DNA of 64,000 nucleotides, taken from assembly GCA_965197645.1 (NCBI GenBank), contig OZ240219.1:3136001-3200000 (forward strand), read 5' to 3'. Origin of the DNA: Dehalococcoidia bacterium (GTDB taxonomy: Bacteria > Chloroflexota > Dehalococcoidia > Plut-88900). Shown here piece after piece: positions 20,107 through 29,755 of the stretch (position 1 is its first letter; the number at the start of each line of letters is the position of its first letter). Under the pieces are notes generated by a model, which did no database searches, had not been told where the DNA came from, and worked only from the letters and a program-made list of their open reading frames with translations. Position numbers and translations under genes: made by a program.

Positions 20107-21273
20107 CTAGGGGCGCTGAAAGACCGTTTTCAAAAAGCCCTGGTAGTTGCGCCGTGTCTCCTCCAGGTGATCGCCCCCGAACTTCTCCAGGAAGGCATCG
20201 GCCAGAACGATGGCCAGCATAGCCTCGCCGATGATGCCGGCTGGCGGAACCTGGCACACGTCGCTGCGCTCGTAATGGGCCTGTATCTTCTCACCGGTGT
20301 CCAGATCGACGGACGGTAGGGGATTGGCCAGAGTCGAGATCGGTTTTACCGCCACGCTAACCACCACATCCTCGCCGTTGGTCATGCCGCCCTCCATCCC
20401 TCCAGCGTGGTTGCTTGCCCGCTTCCACGCCCTCTCCTTGGAGCCGTCGAAAGGCTCGATAACGTCGTGGACCTGGGAGCCCGATAGGGTGGTGGAATGA
20501 AATCCGGCGCCAATCTCGACACCCTTCATGGCGTTGATGCTCATCATCGCCTGGGCTATCCGTCCGTCCAACTTTCGGTCCCAGTGGACGTGGCTGCCCA
20601 GACCCACTGGAACGCCGGTGGCGACTACTTGAAATACACCCCCTGCCGTGTCTCCCGCCTCCTTCGCCGCGTCGATGGCCGCCATCATCTTTTGCTCCGC
20701 CTCAGGGTCGGCGCACCTCACCGGCGATTCCTCCACCTTCTCCCAGTCGATGGGGCCGCATTGCCTGGCAACGTGCTCGCCGATGGATACCGTAGAGCTG
20801 TGTATGTTGATCCCGAACTCCTCGAGGAGCCGGCGGCACACTGAGCCTGCCGCGACCCGCGCCGCGGTCTCACGGGCGCTGGCACGCTCCAGGATGTTTC
20901 GCACGTCTCTCTGGCCGTACTTGAGCACGCCCGGCATGTCCGCATGCCCGGGGCGGAGGCGGGTTACACGTTTGGCCTCCTGCTCTACGGCCTCTATGCT
21001 CATCACCTCGGTCCAGTTTTCCCAGTCCCTGTTCTGAATCCAGAGGCTGATGGGGCTGCCGAGGGTTGTGCCGTGACGAACGCCCCCGAATATCTGGGCC
21101 CGGTCCCTTTCGATCTTCATCCTGCCGCCCCGCCCGTAGCCCTTCTGACGGCGCGAGAGATCCCGGGCGATGTAGTCTTCGGCCAGGCGTAAGCCCGCAG
21201 GCACGCCCTCCACTATCACGGTCAAGCCTGGGCCGTGGGATTCGCCCGCGGTGAGGTACCTCAGGTTTCCCAT
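20107..21273 (-). CDS. aroC: Chorismate synthase
   Basis: TAGESHG, RPGHAD, ERASARET, ERSDVC. Confidence 0.97.
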   Translation of the reverse strand: MGNLRYLTAGESHGPGLTVIVEGVPAGLRLAEDYIARDLSRRQKGYGRGGRMKIERDRAQIFGGVRHGTTLGSPISLWIQNRDWENWTEVMSIEAVEQEAKRVTRLRPGHADMPGVLKYGQRDVRNILERASARETAARVAAGSVCRRLLEEFGINIHSSTVSIGEHVARQCGPIDWEKVEESPVRCADPEAEQKMMAAIDAAKEAGDTAGGVFQVVATGVPVGLGSHVHWDRKLDGRIAQAMMSINAMKGVEIGAGFHSTTLSGSQVHDVIEPFDGSKERAWKRASNHAGGMEGGMTNGEDVVVSVAVKPISTLANPLPSVDLDTGEKIQAHYERSDVCQVPPAGIIGEAMLAIVLADAFLEKFGGDHLEETRRNYQGFLKTVFQRP

Positions 21274-22109
21274 CAGGCCAGCGCCTCTTTGGCAGCCTCG
21301 AACATCACTTGGACCGGGGCATCCACGCCGGTCCACAGACGAAACGCCTCAGCGCCCTGGTAGACCAGCATTGGGAGTCCGCCCACAGTCCTGGCGCCCC
21401 TCTCTCTAGCGGCTTCGATGAGCCGGGTCTCCGAAGGATTATATACCAAGTCATATACCAAGGCCCCCGCACGAATCAGGTCGTCAGCGATGGGCAGCAT
21501 CCCCTCCGTTTCGCTGTGCCTGGTCCCGATGGAAGTGCAATTGACCAGCAGGTCGTAGCGGGTGTCTTGTTCAAGCCGCCCCGAGGCCTCCAGAGAGACG
21601 TCTTTGAAGGCTGCCCGAAGATCCCTCGCCAAGCTCCGGGCCCTCTCCGGTGTCCTGTTGACAATGGCCAGGAACGATACTTCCGCCGCCGCCAGCGAGT
21701 AGGCCACAGCCCTGGCGGCGCCTCCGGCGCCGATCACCACCACCCTTGTTCCTCTCGGCTCGAAGGCGCCGTCCTCGCACAGGCCCCGCATGAAGCCGGG
21801 AGCATCGGTATTGAAGCCTTTGAGCCGTCCCCTTTGATTCACTATCGTGTTGACCCCTCCGATCGCGCTGGCAACCTGATCCAGCTCATCGAGGAGCGGG
21901 ATGATCGACTCCTTGTGGGGGATGGTCACATTGGCGCCCATCACCTCATCGCTGCGAAGCTGCTCCACCCTATTCGGGAGGTCCTGGGGGGTGGTGGGCC
22001 AGGAGTCGTATCGAGCGTCTATGCCCAGGTGGTCCAGGGCTGCCTGCTGAAAAGCCGGGGATATGGAGTGGGCCAAAGGGTAGCCCAATATGCCGAGTTG
22101 TTTGGTCAA
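21273..22109 (-). CDS. aroE: Shikimate dehydrogenase
   Basis: HSISP, NVTIPHK, NTD, GAGGAARA, DLVYNP. Confidence 0.96.
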   Translation of the reverse strand: MTKQLGILGYPLAHSISPAFQQAALDHLGIDARYDSWPTTPQDLPNRVEQLRSDEVMGANVTIPHKESIIPLLDELDQVASAIGGVNTIVNQRGRLKGFNTDAPGFMRGLCEDGAFEPRGTRVVVIGAGGAARAVAYSLAAAEVSFLAIVNRTPERARSLARDLRAAFKDVSLEASGRLEQDTRYDLLVNCTSIGTRHSETEGMLPIADDLIRAGALVYDLVYNPSETRLIEAARERGARTVGGLPMLVYQGAEAFRLWTGVDAPVQVMFEAAKEALA

Positions 22110-22127
22110 GAGAGAACGCTCGCCCCG

Positions 22128-22601
22128 TTACTCCCTCGGCGTCAAAGGAAGGGGGGCCTGTCGGTTCCTGCCGTCCAGGTACTGTTGCAGTATCACAGCA
22201 GCCGCAGCGGCATCTCTCAGGTCTTTACGGCGAGTTTTTGGGACGCCGGCTTGACGCATCATCTCGCCGGCCTCGAAGGTGGAATAGCTCTCGTCCCAGG
22301 TGACGACGGGAACGGTGAGCATAGCCTCTAGCTCGGATAGGAAATCTCGGACTTTTTGCGCCTGGGGCCCGATGTGACCGTCGAGGGATACCGGCAGTCC
22401 CACCACCATCTGTCCCACCCGGTGTTCTCCAACGAGCTCGACGATACGCCGGATAGCCCGGTCTCGGGTCTTGACTCTGATGGTGTCCAATGGGGAGGCT
22501 AAGGTGCCTGTTGCATCGCTCAGGGCGACGCCAATGCGGGCGTCTCCCACGTCCAGCGACAGCGTTCTTCCTACCCCGCTCTCCATGCCCGCCTTTAGCA
22601 C
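22128..22601 (-). CDS. ruvX: YqgF/RuvX family nuclease
   Basis: LDVGDARIGVALSD, VVGLP, WDE..ST, DAAAAAVILQQYL; directly downstream of alaS; start may be 22586. Confidence 0.93.
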   Translation of the reverse strand: MLKAGMESGVGRTLSLDVGDARIGVALSDATGTLASPLDTIRVKTRDRAIRRIVELVGEHRVGQMVVGLPVSLDGHIGPQAQKVRDFLSELEAMLTVPVVTWDESYSTFEAGEMMRQAGVPKTRRKDLRDAAAAAVILQQYLDGRNRQAPLPLTPRE

Positions 22602-25228
22602 TTTCCGCCCCTGATGGCCGGCAGTACGGCTTCCAGGGCCTGGCCTATCTTCGATGGGTCCTTGCCCCCAGCCTGGGCCAACTCCGGCCGTCCACCCCCA
22701 CCGCCGCCCGTAGCAGCCGCCACCTGCTTGGCGATGTTGCCGGCGTGAATGCCCCTGTCCACCAGGTCCGGCGTAACCATGGTCACGAACATTGGACGCT
22801 GATTGATTATCGATGCAAGCACTATCACCACGCTGTTCAACCGGTCCTTCAGAAGGTCGCCCATCTCTCGCATAGATTCCACGTTTGGTGCCTTGACGCG
22901 GGCCGCCACCAGGCTGACTCCATCGACCTGCTGCACCTGCCCGACAAGCTCTTCGGCCTCTTGGCGTGCCAGGCCGCGCTCCAGGTTGCCGGCCCGTTTT
23001 CTCTCGGATTCCAGGTCCTCAGATAGGGCGGCGATTCTTTCCGGCAGCTCGGCGGGTGTGGTGTTCAGGTCTCGAGCTAGTGAGTCTACGATGTCGAACC
23101 TTTCGGCCACCATCTCCTGGGCCACTACCCCGGTTACCGCCTCGATCCTTCTTAAGCCCGAGCCTATGCTGCCCTCGTCGACGACCTGCAAGTACCATAC
23201 CTCGCCGGTGTAAGCGACGTGAGTGCCGCCGCACACCTCGTAGCTAAACGGATCCTCGTTACCCATCTCGACCACCCGCACTGTTTCCCCGTACTTGTCA
23301 CCGAAGAAGGCCAGCGCTCCGGAGGCGACAGCGTCGGCGTAGCGCATCTCGTCGATGCTCACCGCCAGGTCCGCCCGTACCTGCTCATTGGTCAGCTTCT
23401 TGACATCGGTTAGCTCGGCGCTGCTCAGACCGACGGGATGGGTAAAGTCGAACCGGAGCCGGTTTGGGGTCACCAGCGAGCCGCCCTGTCGCACGTGCTC
23501 ACCCAGCACTTTTCGGAGCGCGGCGTGAAGAAGATGGGTGCCGGTGTGGTTCCGGGTCGCATCCCTGCGATGGGTTGGGTCCACTCGCATCGACACCGGA
23601 TCGCCGATGGCGATGATACCGTTCTTGACCGATCCCTTGTGGGTGATCAGGCCCGGCATAGTCAGCTGGGTATCCTCCACCCCAAGCAGTCCCTGGGGGC
23701 CGTTTACGTCGCCCCTGTCTCCGACCTGTCCCCCGCCCTCCGAATAGAAAGGCGTTTCCACGGTTATGACCTCGGCCTCGTCCCCCTCCGATGCCCTCTC
23801 AACCGATCGGCCTTCCACCAGCAGCCCGACTACTACCGATTCGCCTTGGATGGCCTCGTAGCCGGTGAAGCGGGTAGCGCCGAGACCGAGAGACCCGTAG
23901 GTCTCTCCCTCGGTCAGGTGGGCCTTGAAGGTCTGGGCGGCGCGGCCTCGTTGCCGCTGGCTCTCCATCTCTTGTCGGAAGCCGTCAGCGTCCACCGAGA
24001 ATCCCTGCTCCTTCGCCACCTCTTCAGTCAACTCGGCGGGAAAACCGTAGGTATCGTACAGCCGGAACGCGTCGGCGCCCGAGACCACCGAGACCTTGTT
24101 CCTGGCGGCCTCAGCTGTAATATCGTCCAGGAGACTCAAACCGGCTTCCAGGGTGTGGTGAAATCGGGACTCTTCGTTTTCGATGACTTTCAGAATGAAC
24201 TGCCGGTTCTGCACCAGCTCCGGATAGACGGCGCCCATCTTCTGCATAACCGTTTGGGCGATCTCAGGCAGGACAGGCTCCTCGACTCCGAGCTTGCGGG
24301 CGAAGGTCACAGCCCTGCGTAGAATGCGGCGCAGCACGTATCCCCGCCCCTCGTTGCTGGGCACCACTCCGTCGGCGATGAGGAATGTGATGCTGCGTCC
24401 GTGCTCGGCGAGTACCCTCATGGCCGGATCGGTCTCGTCAGATTCGCCGTAGGTCTTCCCCGTGAGCCGGGAGACGGACTCCATGATCTCCTTGAAGGGG
24501 TCGGCCTCGTAGACGTTGGTAACACCCTGGAGAATTGCGGCCGTCCGCTCGACTCCCATCCCGGTATCTATGTTCCCGTTCGGGAGCAGGGTGCGGTTCC
24601 CCTCTCTGTCCTGGTAGTACTCAGTGAGCACCAGGTTCCAGTACTCGGTGAAGCGGTTGCAGTCGCACGCCGGTCCACAATCGGGCTTGTCGCAGGCGTA
24701 CTCCTCTCCGAAGTCGTAGTAGAGCTCGGTGCAAGGGCCGCAGGGGCCTTCGTCTCCGGGCGGGCCCCACCAATTCTCCGCTTCGTCGTACCGGACTATC
24801 CGCTCAGCGGGCACGCCCATGTCCAGCCAGTATTGATGGGACTCGTCGTCGTCCAGGAATACCGACGCCCATATCCGTTCCGGGGGTATCTTCAGCCTTT
24901 CGATGGAGAACTCCCAGGCCCACTCGATGGCCTCTTTCTTGAAGTAGTCCGCTACGCTGAAGTTCCCCAGCATCTCGAAGAAGGTGAGGTGATCGGCATC
25001 GCCTACACTATCGATGTCCGTGGCGCGGAAGCATTTCTGGCAGGAGGCGAGGCGGGGTGCGGGTGGAACGGCATCCCCGGTGAAGAAGGGCTTGATCTGG
25101 ACCACACCGGCGCTGGTCAGGAGCAGGGTTGGGTCGCCGATGGGAATCAGCGATGAGCTGGGCAGCACCACGTGCTTCTTGGACTCGAAGAATCTGAGGT
25201 ATTCGTTTCGCAGCTCGTCGCTGTTCAA
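22595..25228 (-). CDS. alaS: Alanine--tRNA ligase
   Basis: HLTFFEMLGNFS, IDTGMGVER, HTGTH, CGGTHV, GGGGG.P..AQAGG. Confidence 0.98.
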   Translation of the reverse strand: MNSDELRNEYLRFFESKKHVVLPSSSLIPIGDPTLLLTSAGVVQIKPFFTGDAVPPAPRLASCQKCFRATDIDSVGDADHLTFFEMLGNFSVADYFKKEAIEWAWEFSIERLKIPPERIWASVFLDDDESHQYWLDMGVPAERIVRYDEAENWWGPPGDEGPCGPCTELYYDFGEEYACDKPDCGPACDCNRFTEYWNLVLTEYYQDREGNRTLLPNGNIDTGMGVERTAAILQGVTNVYEADPFKEIMESVSRLTGKTYGESDETDPAMRVLAEHGRSITFLIADGVVPSNEGRGYVLRRILRRAVTFARKLGVEEPVLPEIAQTVMQKMGAVYPELVQNRQFILKVIENEESRFHHTLEAGLSLLDDITAEAARNKVSVVSGADAFRLYDTYGFPAELTEEVAKEQGFSVDADGFRQEMESQRQRGRAAQTFKAHLTEGETYGSLGLGATRFTGYEAIQGESVVVGLLVEGRSVERASEGDEAEVITVETPFYSEGGGQVGDRGDVNGPQGLLGVEDTQLTMPGLITHKGSVKNGIIAIGDPVSMRVDPTHRRDATRNHTGTHLLHAALRKVLGEHVRQGGSLVTPNRLRFDFTHPVGLSSAELTDVKKLTNEQVRADLAVSIDEMRYADAVASGALAFFGDKYGETVRVVEMGNEDPFSYEVCGGTHVAYTGEVWYLQVVDEGSIGSGLRRIEAVTGVVAQEMVAERFDIVDSLARDLNTTPAELPERIAALSEDLESERKRAGNLERGLARQEAEELVGQVQQVDGVSLVAARVKAPNVESMREMGDLLKDRLNSVVIVLASIINQRPMFVTMVTPDLVDRGIHAGNIAKQVAAATGGGGGGRPELAQAGGKDPSKIGQALEAVLPAIRGGKC

Positions 25229-25291
25229 TGGGGCACCCGGTTGAAAATTGTAACAATATAGGGCTTACCCGTACGGTAGCCCTTCATGTCG

Positions 25292-25320
25292 ATTTTATGG
25301 AAACTTACGCACACTGTCAA
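25292..25320 (-). promoter_or_regulatory. Sigma70-type promoter of alaS
   Basis: TTGACA-17 nt-TAAAAT on the minus strand; hairpin at 25260-25283 in the leader. Confidence 0.75.
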
Positions 25321-25341
25321 CGCAGGGGAACCCGTCTCACG

Positions 25342-25371
25342 TTGACACTTTCGAAGGGTGTCTGGTAGTCT
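25342..25371 (+). promoter_or_regulatory. Promoter of the otsA-like operon
   Basis: TTGACA-18 nt-TAGTCT with TG extension; GACAC...GTGTC inverted repeat across the -35 and spacer. Confidence 0.55.
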
Positions 25372-25572
25372 GGATTTATCGGGCCATTCCTCCTCTAGAA
25401 CCGATGCCCGACAGGAGCGGCGCCGGGACGTGGTGGTGCAGCCAGACCACCGGGCCGAGAGCTTGAACACCAGTTTCGAGACCTACCGAAACTCCCCATG
25501 TTCATGTTCCCCGGCTTCGCCGTGAACCAGTCCCGCGGAACGAGGACCAAAGTAGGTGGGAGCGTTAGCCAA

Positions 25573-27099
25573 GTGCCAGTTTCATACTCCGACAAAGCGG
25601 TACGGCAGGACTCTCTTTCAGCTGTCTGCGAGCGGCTCCTGGACCTGCGCAACTTGGTCCTGGTGAGCAACCGGGGACCAGTCGAGTACTATCTGGACGC
25701 CGATGGCGAACCCCTGGCGAGGCGCGGCGCGGGCGGGTTGGTGACGGCGCTGGACCTCCTGTGCCGGTACGAAGGCCTCACCTGGATAGCCAGCGCCATT
25801 GGGGAGGGAGACCGGCGCGTGGGCGAGGAGGCGACGTGGGGAAGAATAAAGTCTCCTCTGTCTGGTCACAAGCTCAGTATCCGGTTCATAAACTCCTCCC
25901 GCCAGACGTATCACCAGTACTACAACGTGATCTGCAATCCACTGCTCTGGTTCCTCCAGCATTACATGTGGAACACTCCCTACGCGCCCAACGTTGACCT
26001 CGCGGTGCAGGAAGCCTGGGACAATGGATACGTCGCCATGAACCGGGCATTTTCAGACGCGGTGGTCGAAGAGGCCAAGGGCTCGGAGCGAGCGCCCGTG
26101 GTGATGCTGCAGGACTATCATCTGTACCTGGCAGGGCGGTTCATCCGTGAGGAGCTGCCCGACGTGGTCCTCCAGCACTTCACCCACATCCCCTGGCCCA
26201 ACGCCGACTACTGGCCGCTGCTCCCCGCCAAGATGAGACGGGAGATATGCGAAGGCATGTGCGCCGTCGATTTTGTTGGTCTGCAGACGCCCCGGGACGT
26301 GCGCAACTTCCTGGAGACCTGTGAGGACTTCCTGCCGGGCACCACCGTCGACTACACAGGCCAGACGGTACAGTACGACGGACGGACCACCAGCGTCAGA
26401 GCCTATCCCGCTTCGATCAGCGTCAAGGACTTGAGGAATACAGCGGAGTCGGTCCGAGTACGGGACTACGAGCAGCAGCTAAGGCCCCACTTCGGAGAGA
26501 AGACCATCGTACGGGTGGACAGGATTGATCCCAGCAAGAACATCCTGCGAGGCTTCCAGGCTTTCGAAACCTTGCTGGAACGCCACCCTCAGTTCAGAGG
26601 TGTAGTGAATTTTGTCGCCTTCCTGGTGCCCTCTCGGTCCGACATAGCGCAGTACGAACGGTACACAGACGAGGTCCACGCCCTGGCAGGGCGAATCAAC
26701 GGGAAGTACAGCACCGAAAAGTGGCAACCGATCACCATCTACTACGAAAACAACTATACTCAGGCCATCGCCGCCATGCGGCTCTACGACGTCCTCATGG
26801 TCAACTCGGTTATCGATGGCATGAATCTGGTGGCCAAAGAGGGTCCGATTGTTAACCGGAAGGACGGGGTACTGGTGTTGTCCGAGGGCGCGGGCGCACA
26901 TCAACAGCTCTCGGAGGGAGCGCTCTCCGTGGCCCCGGCCGATCTGGAAGGCACGGCCCAGGCGTTGCATACCGCTCTCACCATGTCACCGGAAAAGAGG
27001 AGAGAACGAGCGGAGACGTTGGTTTCGTCCATAGAGAAGGCAGACGCGGACGACTGGCTCTACCAGCAGCTCCGCGACGTATATGAGGTTCTTGAATAA
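25573..27099 (+). CDS. otsA: GT20 trehalose-6-phosphate / glucosylglycerol-phosphate synthase
   Basis: VSNRGP, GGLV, QDYHL, HIPWP, VDRIDPSKN, DGMNLVAKE; start uncertain (frame is open from 25498). Confidence 0.85.
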   Translation: MPVSYSDKAVRQDSLSAVCERLLDLRNLVLVSNRGPVEYYLDADGEPLARRGAGGLVTALDLLCRYEGLTWIASAIGEGDRRVGEEATWGRIKSPLSGHKLSIRFINSSRQTYHQYYNVICNPLLWFLQHYMWNTPYAPNVDLAVQEAWDNGYVAMNRAFSDAVVEEAKGSERAPVVMLQDYHLYLAGRFIREELPDVVLQHFTHIPWPNADYWPLLPAKMRREICEGMCAVDFVGLQTPRDVRNFLETCEDFLPGTTVDYTGQTVQYDGRTTSVRAYPASISVKDLRNTAESVRVRDYEQQLRPHFGEKTIVRVDRIDPSKNILRGFQAFETLLERHPQFRGVVNFVAFLVPSRSDIAQYERYTDEVHALAGRINGKYSTEKWQPITIYYENNYTQAIAAMRLYDVLMVNSVIDGMNLVAKEGPIVNRKDGVLVLSEGAGAHQQLSEGALSVAPADLEGTAQALHTALTMSPEKRRERAETLVSSIEKADADDWLYQQLRDVYEVLE

Positions 27100-27849
27100 A
27101 TGAAACTGAAAGACCACGTGACGGTAGTCACGGGAAGCAGCCGGGGTATAGGCAAAGCCATAGCGTTGGGGTACGCCCAGGAGGGAGCCAAGGTGGTGGT
27201 AACGGCCAGGACTGAGGCTTCCGACCAGAGCAAGCTGCCCGGCACTATCCACCACACCGCCGAGGAGATCAAAGCGGCGGGCGGCGACTGCCTCGCAATC
27301 CGCTGCGACCTCAGCAACGAAGATGATGTCGACCAGCTCGTCGATCGGGTGGTGGAGCATTACGGCCGCCTTGACGTTATCGTCAACAATGCCGCAATCA
27401 TCCTCCACACGCCGGTCGTCGACACGAAAATCAAGCACTGGAGGCTGATGGTAAAGATCAACCTGGAATCTCCGGTTATCCTGTGCCAGAAGGCGATCCC
27501 CCACATGATCGAGCAGGGGGGCGGCAGCATTATCAACATCAGCTCCGAGTCGGCCACCGATTACGAAGGGGGCACCCACCTCTACGGGGCCGCGGATGCA
27601 GCCATCGACAGGTTCTCCCGGGGTCTGGCCCACGAGCTGAAAGAGCACAACATCGCCGTGAACTCGCTGGACCCGGGAAGGGTGAAGACAGAAGGCGCTC
27701 TCTACACCTTCCCTCCCGACACCGATTGGACGGGATGGAAAGAGCCCGCAGAGGTGGCGCCGTCGGCCGTATACCTCGCCGATCCTGCCAACAGGTCCTA
27801 TACCGGCCAAGTGGTCTGCGCCGACGACTTTGGCACGGCGTGGCCCTAA
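27100..27849 (+). CDS. SDR family oxidoreductase
   Basis: TGSSRGIG, NNAA, NISS; catalytic YxxxK appears as YGAAD. Confidence 0.9.
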   Translation: MKLKDHVTVVTGSSRGIGKAIALGYAQEGAKVVVTARTEASDQSKLPGTIHHTAEEIKAAGGDCLAIRCDLSNEDDVDQLVDRVVEHYGRLDVIVNNAAIILHTPVVDTKIKHWRLMVKINLESPVILCQKAIPHMIEQGGGSIINISSESATDYEGGTHLYGAADAAIDRFSRGLAHELKEHNIAVNSLDPGRVKTEGALYTFPPDTDWTGWKEPAEVAPSAVYLADPANRSYTGQVVCADDFGTAWP

Positions 27850-27855
27850 GAACGA

Positions 27856-28737
27856 GTGGTGGTCAACCCTAACAACAGCCCCCAGGCTTTCAAAGCGGAA
27901 GTTGGAAACACAACCATCCACTACGTGACGGCGGGCTCCGGCGAACCCGTGGTCCTACTCCACGGCCTGGGCACCTCGGTCTATTCCTGGCACAGGAACA
28001 TCGGCCCTCTTTCTCAACGGTATCGGGTCATAGCTCCGGACCTGCCGGGCCACGGCTATTCGGTCAACCACGATGGCCGATACGAGCTGCCCTCCGCGCT
28101 GGAGTTCCTGGACGGTTTCCTGGACCACCTCGATATCTCCCGGGTCAATCTAGTCGGCAGCTCGATGGGCGGATGCATCGCTCTCAGGGCATCGTTGGAC
28201 CTGCCCCGTCGGGTGCGGAGGTTGGTGCTGGTGAGCAGCGCGGGACTAGGTCGAGAGGTAGCTTATTTCCTCCGCCTGACCGGTCTTCCGGGAGTGGGAA
28301 AGCGGTTGTCAAAGCCGAGCCGGAAGAAGACTTTGTGGTCCTTGAAACGCCTTGTCTACGATCACTCGTTGATTACCGATGAATTGATCGACGAGTGTCA
28401 CCGGTATCGAGCGATGTCCGGCGCTAACCACACCACCGCCAAGGTCCTTCGCTACGGCGTCGACGTGCTGGGCCAGAAGGACCGGGTTATCATGTTGGAC
28501 CGCCTGGGGGAGCTCGACATTCCGGTGCAGATCGTCTGGGGAGCGCAGGACCGGTTCATTCCGCTGAGGCACGGCTACGCCGCCCTTGAACGTATCCGAA
28601 ATGCCAAGCTCCACATTTTCGACCGGTGCGGTCACTGGCCCCACATGGAGAAGGCCGATGCCTTCAACCTCACGGTCTCGCAGTTTCTGGACGAGAGCGG
28701 GGCGGAAGAGGACGCCGTATCCACGACGGCGGCGTAG
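27856..28737 (+). CDS. Alpha/beta fold hydrolase
   Basis: LHG, DLPGHG, GSSMGG nucleophile elbow, WG..D, GHWP. Confidence 0.92.
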   Translation: MVVNPNNSPQAFKAEVGNTTIHYVTAGSGEPVVLLHGLGTSVYSWHRNIGPLSQRYRVIAPDLPGHGYSVNHDGRYELPSALEFLDGFLDHLDISRVNLVGSSMGGCIALRASLDLPRRVRRLVLVSSAGLGREVAYFLRLTGLPGVGKRLSKPSRKKTLWSLKRLVYDHSLITDELIDECHRYRAMSGANHTTAKVLRYGVDVLGQKDRVIMLDRLGELDIPVQIVWGAQDRFIPLRHGYAALERIRNAKLHIFDRCGHWPHMEKADAFNLTVSQFLDESGAEEDAVSTTAA

Positions 28738-28793
28738 TCCCTCCATTCGTCTCCGGTCCAATTTCAACGAGAGGCCCGGTATATAGTGACGGT

Positions 28794-29660
28794 ATGGGCC
28801 TCATCAACAAAGTCGTAATCCCAGCGGCGGGTCGGGGGACCCGGTTCCTACCAACGACCAAGGCCGTGCCCAAGGAGCTGATTCCCCTCTTGGACAAACC
28901 AGTGATCCACTACGGGGTCGAAGAGGCGGGAAACTCCGGTATCACTCAAGCCATCGTGGTCACGTCTACCGGTAAGGGGGCTATCGAAGAGTATTTCAGG
29001 TCCAACCCGGACCTGGAAGAGCTGCTCAGGGACAAAGGCCGCATTGAGCTGCTGCAAGATGTCCAAGAGGCATCGAGTCTGGCCGAGATGCAGTACGTGA
29101 TACAGGAGGAGCAGCTGGGTCTCGGCCACGCTATCCTGGTCGCCGCCGATGCCGTTGGCAAAGAGCCTTTCGCCGTCCTTCTTCCCGATGATGTCATTCC
29201 CGGTGAGGTGCCTGTCCTCAAGCAGATGCTGGACCTGTACCGGCGTTACGAGGCCAGCATCGTCGCTGTTGAGAAGGTCACTCCCGAGCAGGTGTCGGGA
29301 TACGGCATCGTGAGTCCAGAAGAGGAAGTAGCGCCCGGCTTCTACAAGCTGAACGGGCTGGTCGAGAAGCCAAGTCTGCAAGATGCACCATCGGACCTGG
29401 GTATCGTCGGCCGGTATGTCTTCACCCCCGCCATATTCGATGCACTAAGGGAAACGAGACCCGGTGCCCTGGGCGAGCTCCAGCTAACCGATGGCATGGC
29501 CAACCTTCTGAAATCAGAGCCGCTCTACGCCTACCAGCTCCAAACCGTCCGCCACGATGCCGGCACTCCCCTGGGCCTCATCAAGGCCTCGATACAGATG
29601 GGGCTGAGAGACGAAGCCATCGGCGGAGGACTGCGGGAATTTCTGGATAGCATGCACTGA
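28794..29660 (+). CDS. galU: UTP--glucose-1-phosphate uridylyltransferase
   Basis: PAAGRGTRFLP.TKA.PKE, GLGHA, VEKP, GELQLTD. Confidence 0.95.
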   Translation: MGLINKVVIPAAGRGTRFLPTTKAVPKELIPLLDKPVIHYGVEEAGNSGITQAIVVTSTGKGAIEEYFRSNPDLEELLRDKGRIELLQDVQEASSLAEMQYVIQEEQLGLGHAILVAADAVGKEPFAVLLPDDVIPGEVPVLKQMLDLYRRYEASIVAVEKVTPEQVSGYGIVSPEEEVAPGFYKLNGLVEKPSLQDAPSDLGIVGRYVFTPAIFDALRETRPGALGELQLTDGMANLLKSEPLYAYQLQTVRHDAGTPLGLIKASIQMGLRDEAIGGGLREFLDSMH

Positions 29661-29755
29661 GTTGGCCCCATCCCGGCGCAGAACACCCAACGGTCCCTCG
29701 GCTTCATGACGGCGGTCTGCGCCCTCGATCTTGATCAACGGACACGTAAGTCTCG

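Noticed and set aside
25229-25570. T-box riboswitch for alaS, or 6S / c-di-AMP RNA
   Set aside because: The alaS promoter leaves only a ~55-nt leader with no T-box consensus; only fragmentary 6S or ydaO-like words with the wrong spacing
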